Source of the DNA: Lama guanicoe
Lineage: Eukaryota
Direction: 5' to 3'
DNA length: 64,000 bases
Assembly (NCBI GenBank): GCA_013239625.1
Contig: MU053431.1
Coordinates: 1,452,485-1,516,484, forward strand
Part shown: piece by piece, positions 61,101 through 64,000 of the stretch
How positions within the stretch are numbered: position 1 is the first letter of the stretch
How the letters are laid out: each line of letters starts with the position of its first letter
Notes under the pieces: model-generated
What the model was told of the DNA's origin: nothing
Database searches by the model: none
What the model saw: the letters and a program-made list of their open reading frames with translations, nothing else
Program-made: the position numbers and the translations under genes

Positions 61101-62682
61101 GCCTGGGTGGGGCCCCAGGTGGTGTCCCTTCTGCCCACTCCAGGGGGCCAGGGCAGGATGGGGACCTAGGGGGACACTTACTCACAATCTGTCCGGCCGG
61201 CAGCACCTGCTCCCCGGTGTCATTGTGGGAGAAGGAGGGCACGGCTGAGGGAGGAGACACCACGTGTCAGTCAGGTGGGCTCTGCACCACGAGAGGTGCA
61301 GGGATGGACAAAAGGGTCCACCTGGATCCCCCCAACCCAGGGCTCCAGGCCCACAGGCAGCAATGCTTAGGGGCTCCGGCCCCGGCCCCCCACCCCAGGC
61401 CGGCGCCCTCACGGTAGCAGTGTGGGAAGTCAGTGAAGCCCTCAGCACAGGCGTCGCATCGCGCCCCCGTGAAGTTTGGCCGACAGTAGCAGCGGCCCGT
61501 CAGGTCCTCACACGTCCCGTCAGTGAAGTCCGACTCACAGTTGCAGCCTGGATGTGGGCGGAAAGTCAGGGCGCCCCAAGCTCAGGGCTGTCAGGGCCTA
61601 GGAAGGGCAGGGTCTGCCTCTCCAAGCTGGGAGGTGGGATGGGAGCCGTGGCCAGGCCCCCAGAGAGCTGCAGAGGCTCCAGGGCACCCCAACCCAGGCA
61701 GACCCTGCTTCCGGGCACCCGTCCTTGGATGTTCCCGCCCAGGCTGCCCCACTCACGGCGGCAGACGTAGGGCGAGTCGAGGGGGTGGTCCGGGGCACGG
61801 TAGAAGCCGGGCAGGCACCGCTCACAATTGATGCCGGTGGTGTGATGCTGCAGGGACGCAGGGCTGCTGAGTCCAGAACATCTCATCCACCCCACTCAGT
61901 GACCTAACCCCGTCCTCAGCCCCGCCCCTGACCTGGCCCGGCCCCGCCCCCGAGAATGCCCCGCCCACCTGACAGTCAATGCACACGCCCCCTCCCTGGT
62001 AGACGTTGTCCTGGTTCTGGCTGGCGTTGCGCTGGTCCACCTCGGGGTCATAGTAGCAGTCGTGGGCGTGGCCGTGGCAGTTGCAGGCTGGAGAGCAGGG
62101 GGCTCAGCCGTCAGCAGGCCTCCACGAACCCCCCCCCCCGACTGGGACCCCGGAGTACATCCCACAAACCATGGGTGACCCCAGATGTGGCCTGGCTCAG
62201 GTGACTGAACAGGCCTTATTGCCTGAATGTGTCAACAACATGTGTTTGAGCGTGTGTAAGCGTGTGTGTATGTGAGTGCACGTGTGAATGTTGTGTGAGC
62301 GTTGTATGTACTATGGGAGCACGTGTGCATGTGTCCGAGAGCAAGCACGGGTGTTGTGTGTGTGCATGTGTGTGCGCAGGGGGATTTACGCAGTCTATAT
62401 TAACATGACAAGTACCGGAAAATCTGCAATCATCTGTGTAAATGATGTCTTACCAAGAATCTGAAAGGCATCTAAGAGATGCGCACGTGAGTGCACGTGC
62501 ACCAGCACTGTGTGTGCACACGTGGGCATGTGTGCAAGGGCACGGGGGTACACGTGGGGCACTCACACTGGCACTCGTTGGCACTGTCGGTGGTGGCTGG
62601 CTTCCACGGCTGCTGGTTGAAGCCAGGGCAGCAGCGGTCACAGGAGCCCCCACATGTGTTGTGCTGGCAGGCACACTGCAAC
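30735..62682 (-). CDS. LAMA5: Laminin subunit alpha-5, 5'-partial (exons 7-80, human numbering)
   Basis: Exons in transcript order, + coordinates: 62567-62682, 61969-62087, 61757-61847, 61413-61547, 61182-61244, 57020-57160, 56794-56931, 56566-56700, 56354-56488, 56146-56283, 55676-55728, 55344-55449, 55143-55195, 54949-55054, 54545-54644, 54237-54393, 53948-54086, 53669-53811, 53479-53585, 53231-53384, 52548-52708, 52343-52451, 50850-50947, 50569-50770, 50335-50461, 49582-49721, 48936-49051, 48634-48845, 48096-48300, 47714-47858, 47396-47536, 47093-47254, 46826-46927, 46640-46723, 45856-46086, 45185-45298, 44826-44953, 44506-44586, 44078-44292, 43573-43673, 43240-43420, 43005-43154, 42486-42637, 42308-42418, [duplicate copies of exons 46-50 within 40353-41718], 40005-40116, 39174-39344, 38835-39031, 38542-38658, 38249-38403, 37833-37974, 37636-37738, 36940-37050, 35961-36140, 35729-35877, 35482-35652, 35244-35380, 34993-35146, 34721-34854, 34486-34648, 34289-34411, 34043-34191, 33831-33963, 33598-33744, 33364-33494, 33073-33243, 32855-32993, 32625-32770, 32354-32546, 32113-32277, 31847-32009, 31586-31719, 31414-31507, 31090-31209, 30735-30898 (TAG). 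Phases are consistent. The product has LE repeats, L4 domains, a coiled coil and LG1-5, ending [11 protein letters not shown]. Confidence 0.98.
38729..38755. other. Assembly gap (27 N) in LAMA5 intron 53
   Basis: Run of N within a G-rich stretch. Confidence 0.99.
40251..44159. repeat. Near-perfect tandem duplication, 2 x 1954 bp (40251-42204 and 42206-44159), covering LAMA5 exon 45 (3' part) and exons 46-50
   Basis: Sequence and ORF track repeat at a constant offset of 1955. Four differences found (41195/43150, 41505/43460, 41507/43462, 41988/43943), plus one extra A at the junction (42205). The lower copy holds exons 41618-41718, 41285-41465, 41050-41199, 40531-40682, 40353-40463 and a truncated exon 45 at 42123-42204. 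Confidence 0.97.
42308..54393 (-). CDS. LAMA5: LAMA5 exons 22-50: globular domain IV-type regions, LE repeats and start of the coiled coil
   Basis: [17 protein letters not shown]..., [21 protein letters not shown] motifs at 46868-46876 and 45865-45873, [16 protein letters not shown]. Confidence 0.95.
44262..44482. repeat. Diverged ~90-bp local duplication of the LAMA5 intron 44 / exon 45 boundary
   Basis: CCAGCGGGTTCCCAAAGAAGCCAGGAGCGCACCTGGGGGAGGCGGCGTCTGTAGTCTGTGCCGGCCTGGGTGCGCAGTGCCC (~44261-44342) recurs, diverged, at ~44393-44473. Confidence 0.9.
46215..46400 (+). mobile_element. Old L1 fragment in LAMA5 intron 40
   Basis: TTTCTTAAGACACAAAAGCACTAACTGTAAATGAAAA...AAGAGCTTCTGTTCATCACGAGACACC. 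Confidence 0.6.
51200..51745 (+). mobile_element. Degenerate L1ME/L1MC-like 3' region in LAMA5 intron 28
   Basis: TGTGTGATTCCAGTTACAGAAAGTTCCAGAACAGGCAGGCTA...GGCAGTGGCTACC...; heavily diverged. Confidence 0.5.
54545..62682 (-). CDS. LAMA5: LAMA5 exons 7-21: first laminin-EGF (LE) repeat array
   Basis: Cys-rich exons, e.g. [46 protein letters not shown] and [14 protein letters not shown]. Confidence 0.95.
57650..58400 (+). mobile_element. Degenerate L1 ORF2 (endonuclease region) fragments in LAMA5 intron 11
   Basis: A-rich strand with ACAGAGAACACAC...GGTCATACT...AAAATCTCAAATTCCAAAG...TCTGACCACGATGCAGTAAAAC. Confidence 0.6.
58450..58662. mobile_element. MER20 (hAT-Charlie) DNA transposon
   Basis: GGGACTGTCCCGGTCACTGTGGGAC...CAGCATCCCTGGCCCCCGCCCACCAGATGCCAGTGGTACCC...CCCAGTT...GTCTCCAGACATT matches the recalled MER20 core. 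Confidence 0.8.
58806..58831. repeat. (AC)n microsatellite, ~13 units
   Basis: Directly visible in the sequence. Confidence 0.95.
58838..59180 (+). mobile_element. L1MA9-like 3' end
   Basis: AACAGATTGGTAGTTGCCAGAGG...GGGTGAAATGGATAAAGGGGGTCAAAAGGTACAAACTTCCAG...GATCTTAAAAGTTCTC...CCTGAAACTAACATAA. Confidence 0.8.
59949..60137 (+). mobile_element. MER58A-like MITE (hAT)
   Basis: Perfect 12-bp terminal inverted repeats CAGGGATCGGCA / TGCCGATCCCTG, internal ATAAAGTTTTATTGACACACAGCCACACCCATTCAT, and a degenerate 8-bp target-site duplication GTTTACAC / GTTTACCT. Confidence 0.88.
60150..61050 (+). mobile_element. Very old L1 (L1ME-like) 3' fragments
   Basis: A-rich strand; GCGGTTTGGCAA...TGACCCAGACCCTTCTTCCAGGAA...CAAGGATGTTTACCGCAGTG...GGTTAAATAAA. 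Confidence 0.6.
62230..62555. repeat. Degenerate (TG)/(CA)-rich low-complexity tract
   Basis: Many interrupted TGTG/CACGTG runs; a similar tract lies at ~55830-56130. Confidence 0.7.
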
Positions 62683-64000
62683 CTGCGGGGACACGAGGGC
62701 ACAGGAAGGGCTCAGACCCACCGTGGACCCAGAGGGACACGGGAGAGCAGTGGGAGCAGGGCCGTGTAGGGCCCCTGTCGGGGTGGGAGCCGTGACAGGG
62801 CTGTGTGTCTGTGGGTGGGGTCCGGGGCAGGGCGCTGAGCGGTGGGCACAGGCGACCTGTCTGCAGGTCAGCCCAGAGCGCTGCGGCCTTCAGGATCGAG
62901 CCATGCCCTCCCCGCCAGGGCCAGGACCCAAGGCCAAGCCTCCAGCTTTCCTGGGCCAGCTCTGAGATCGAGGTCTCGCTCAGCCAGCAGCCCTGAGCTC
63001 AGCCGGACGCCCCCACGGATCCCCAGAGGCAAGCGGCCAAGAACCGCTTCCTCTTCCATCTGGGGGCGGACACCGGTCAGGGGGCTGGAATCCTGCCTGC
63101 TGTCCTGGAGAGCAGCTCCGCCGGCTCAGGGGGACAGCTGGCTGCAGCTGAGGACTGAGGTGGTGGCCACCTCCTGCACAGCCCCCACCCCAGCACACAC
63201 CCACACAGCTCAGCCGAGCAGGGGCAGGAGTCACGGCCCGCTCCCCGGGCTGCTGGCTCCTCCGCCTGGGCCAGCAGCACAGCGGCAGTGCCAGGCATCC
63301 CCTGAGCAGGACCCCAGGAGCCAGGCCAAGAACACCCCCGGAGCTTCAAATCACGGGAGTCAAATCAGGGCCTTGGGAGTCAGGCCTGCTGCTCCTCGGC
63401 ATCCAGGGAGGAGACAGGGATAACCTGCCAGGCGTCTCACCACGGGAAGGCCCGAGGATCTGTGACCAGCAGCCTGTGGCTGATGTTTGATTCTTCAAGA
63501 ATCTACATGGTTGGGGCACGCCTGAACCAAGAAGTTGATGCAAAAAGTGGGGTGTTCGGCAAAAGCCCTCACAAAACCACTCTGGAGAGGGTCCGTCCAA
63601 CCCAGGGCACATGGTTGCTGCATGGATGGAGCCCTGATGAAGAGCTTGCAAAGGAACGTCCCCACAGGGTCAGCCGACGCACCCAACAGCAGGACGCGAC
63701 CTTGGGAATGGCACTTAATGGAGCGCCGGAGTGGATGGGAGCTAGAACCACAGAGGAGAAGCAGCTGTTCGTGGAGACGCCCCAGGAAGCAGAAAGAGGA
63801 GAGGAGAAATACACTAACTTCTCCCCTTCTCCCACCCTCCCATGTTCCACAAGTACCTCCCACTGGCCACATCCCCCAAAAGTCAGAGGGCAGGCAGCCT
63901 GGGAAATGTAGTTCTCTGATATACAGAACAAGGAGAGGGCAGGAAATTTAGATTTGAGGAAGAACAGGATACTTAACATCTTTGAATGTTTTCATTTTTT

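Noticed and set aside
1-64000. Hundreds of 60-400 aa ORFs in the six-frame track (e.g. 3697-4857, 53610-54794, 31735-32712)
   Set aside because: They are Pro/Gly/Arg/Ala-rich chance ORFs expected in very GC-rich DNA, or antisense and intron read-through shadows of real exons; no independent domain signal.

Overview
GC-rich mammalian genomic DNA carrying the conserved OSBPL2 - ADRM1 - LAMA5 cluster. One tRNA-derived SINE resembles the camelid Vic-1 family, so the source may be a camelid (inference). On the + strand are the last 11 coding exons of OSBPL2 (849-16345; the 5' end lies outside the window) and the complete ADRM1/Rpn13 gene (CpG-island promoter ~23.6-25.3 kb, CDS 25346-30013, 407 aa). 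On the - strand is LAMA5 (laminin alpha-5), exons 7-80 by human numbering (62682 down to the stop at 30735), tail-to-tail with ADRM1. I traced every exon by splice sites and reading phase. Old L1, MER20, MER58A and hAT relics, a minisatellite and two N-gaps fill introns and intergenic DNA. The most unusual item is a ~1.95-kb, ~99.8% identical tandem duplication of LAMA5 exons 45(3' part)-50. It is most likely an assembly artefact, but its junction offers an in-frame cryptic acceptor. Other oddities: an older duplicated decoy 3' splice site before LAMA5 exon 45, two GC-AG introns, a 67-nt intron, tandem in-frame donors in OSBPL2, and an ARE in the ADRM1 promoter. I found no convincing evidence of a wholly new biological system. 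Comparisons with human proteins and repeat consensuses are from memory, not from searches.
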